Notes under the pieces: model-generated
Database searches by the model: none
The model's input: only the letters and a program-made list of their open reading frames with translations
Told to the model about the DNA's origin: nothing
Shown here: positions 62,001 to 64,000 of the stretch, piece by piece
How the letters are laid out: each line of letters opens with the position of its first letter
Position numbering within the stretch: the first letter of the stretch is position 1
Origin: Epiperipatus broadwayi
Taxonomy: Eukaryota; Animalia; Onychophora
Assembly: GCA_028023455.1 (NCBI GenBank)
Contig: JAQFVV010000001.1
Span: forward strand, 27,590,001-27,654,000
Reading direction: 5' to 3'
Length of the DNA stretch: 64,000 nt
Position numbers and translations under genes: made by a program

Positions 62001-62200
62001 CTTTGTTTTTGGCTGACAAATGCTTATTGTCCAGAAACTGTTGCATATTTTGGTTTTATAAGACATGATTGTAAATATTTACAATTTATTATTTATACTC
62101 AAATTTATCTTGTCACTGAAAAAACTCAACTGACATTTCACTTAAAAGTTATTACGCAACTGTAAAAAAGTCCATGATTGTTCTCAATCTTCATTTCAAA
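59090..62200 (-). mobile_element. RTE-clade LINE relic, near full length (APE + RT), heavily decayed
   Basis: SEVGLIINKN; VEFAAKTKLYI; SNKYNLPLYYGFVDHENIFDPI (ORF 59923..60204; cf. EYN.PLYL.FVDYEKAFDSI); SADD; EMLQKLSEE; GHIIRN; VRFVDEIRK; LIQQW. Confidence 0.7.
61027..61201. mobile_element. ~175-bp near-perfect palindromic (hairpin) MITE bounded by TTAA
   Basis: TTAAACAGGCAAAACTCT..AGTGCCAC.CTGTG.CAA.CAGAGTAATCAATGGATG pairs with CATCCATTGATTACTCTG.TTG.CACAG.GTGGCACT..AGAGTTTTGCCTGTTTAA. The loop is only ~11 nt. It is inserted in the RTE relic. Confidence 0.85.
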
Positions 62201-62489
62201 AGTAAAATGTCAGGAGACTCCCTGTATGGTTAATAGTGTTTATAAGCTGTTCATCCATGGCTCATCCATGTTCGTTTATCATGAGAATAATCATATAATA
62301 ATAACAACTGCAACTACAAAAACTTAACATGTGAACTTTGCAATTTGCTCTGTTTAATTTTTTTAATATCTCAAGAAATCTTCTTTCAGTTAGTTGAAAT
62401 CTCCATTCTTATGCCAATATTTAAATATGTGCACACACACACAAATATAGGGTATATAGGCTTTTTCATTTAATTATTACCATTAATAG

Positions 62490-63653
62490 ATCATATTCAA
62501 GTGAAGGGATATTGTATGAATTGAAGAATAAATGTTAATATAAATTTACACGTTATTGGAATTTGCGAAAGTAGACGGATGGAGAAAGTCACAATTAATA
62601 TACAAAAAGGAACAATTAATTTAACATAAAAGCACAGAAATGGATGCATAAGTAGAGTGAGATTCATTATAAATCAAATGTGAAAGACCATGATTGCGAT
62701 GACTGATATTATAAGAGACAGAGATACCAAATGCAAATAATTGTGGTTTATGTCTCAACAAAAATTATTGCGATTAAAAAAATAAAGAATTTTTATATAG
62801 CTGCACAAAAAGCTTATGATTACATTTTACAATTGCCACAGGAGATTTTAATACAGCAATTAAAAAACAATTTAAAGATGAAAGTGATGTGTGTAAATTT
62901 AACTATGTCAACTCAAATGAGAAAAAGTACAGATTCTGGAATTTGAAGAAAAAAATATTACGAATTCTAGTTTTGAGAAAAATACTAAACGAAAATGGAC
63001 ATGGAAACATCTAAATGAAGATACAGTAGAATTGGTTATATTTTAACAGAATTTTTTTTTAGTATTGTAATCATTTCAAAAGATTAAACACTAAGAGTAG
63101 TTGTCGATTAAGGAAATATGTGTTAATAAAAATTTAGAGAGATAAAACTAATAAAAAAGACAGTATTAATAGTTGATAATCTTAATTTTCAAAAACACTC
63201 GAATAAATTTAAACTAGAAGTTGCAAATCTAAAATATTGACAGACTATGAAGATGGTTCAGATTTGACAGACATCATTAAAAAGATAATTAGTATTCTAT
63301 TGCGAAGTGCAAGAAATATAGAGGGTAAAATGAAGCAGCAATTCACCAATAAATTTCTAGAGACTAAACAATGTAAAAAAAGTAAATATGCAATTTTAAA
63401 AAATAATTCATTAAAAGGAATTGAATATATATAGTGATTTGTAAAAAGGTGCGAAGAGGTATTAAAAGTAGTATAAATATATATATATATCTGTGAATTA
63501 GGAAAGAAATTAGAAAAGAGAATAAAAATCTCAACAGTGTAAACATCTTTTTGTAACTAGAAGAAAAGCAAATTCAGCAAAAAGAATAAAATGTAAAATT
63601 ATTATTTAAAAAAAAAAATATCGTCAAATTAGGGAGGAATTTTCTAAAAATTG

Positions 63654-63723
<70 letters not shown>

Positions 63724-64000
63724 TTGGTAATTACTACAGCCTCTGAATCATCTTGTTATTTCAAATGAAGAGGTAAGACAAACAAATGAGTCTATGAAGT
63801 AGGAGGAAACTAAGAGATAATAAAATTATTACTGTTATCTTATAAGAAGTATATGTAAGATTAGAAAAATTGTTGGCAAAACGATATAGTTAACTTTTAC
63901 GTGATAAAGTATATCAGATCATTGAAAGAATACAAATGTAATACCGATGTTTAAGAAAGGTGAAAAAATATATTAAACATTACAGAATACTGCCTATAGC
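62490..64000 (+). mobile_element. RTE-clade LINE relic, APE endonuclease region; runs off the window
   Basis: VIGICESRR, VRFIIN, QIIVVYVST..KNFY, KWTWKHLN and CRL (SDHRL position), in APE motif order. Confidence 0.6.
63655..63722. repeat. (AAT)n microsatellite
   Basis: Seen directly. Confidence 0.97.

Noticed and set aside
1-64000. CRISPR arrays, rRNA, intact tRNA genes, prokaryotic operons; most short ORFs in the track
   Set aside because: None were seen. The window is eukaryotic repeat-rich DNA, and the remaining 60-110 aa ORFs are antisense shadows of TE ORFs or random AT-rich frames.

Overview
This is a very AT-rich, CpG-poor, gene-poor eukaryotic (probably invertebrate animal) window made mostly of decayed transposons: Penelope-like, RTE, L1/Tx1-like, piggyBac, pogo/Tc1-mariner-like and hAT MITE, plus microsatellites and local tandem duplications. 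The only convincing intact host gene is a single-coding-exon class-A (rhodopsin-like) GPCR at 56378-57364 (+). The most notable structure is a minus-strand head-to-tail pair of L1/Tx1-like elements at 32.1-41.3 kb, each bounded by (GTA)n microsatellite. Element A (34757-41203) is full length, with ORF1 plus a broken APE-RT ORF2. Element B (32275-34691) is a divergent ORF1-only element with its own 5' end and poly(A) signal. Both begin with a YY1-type AAGATGGC motif and have a GTAAGT splice-donor motif at an identical offset (137 nt after the A of the ATG within that motif). Both keep an open, CpG-rich ORF1 core while their 3' parts are decayed. All family assignments come from motifs recognised by eye in translations; no database searches were run, and boundaries of old relics are approximate.
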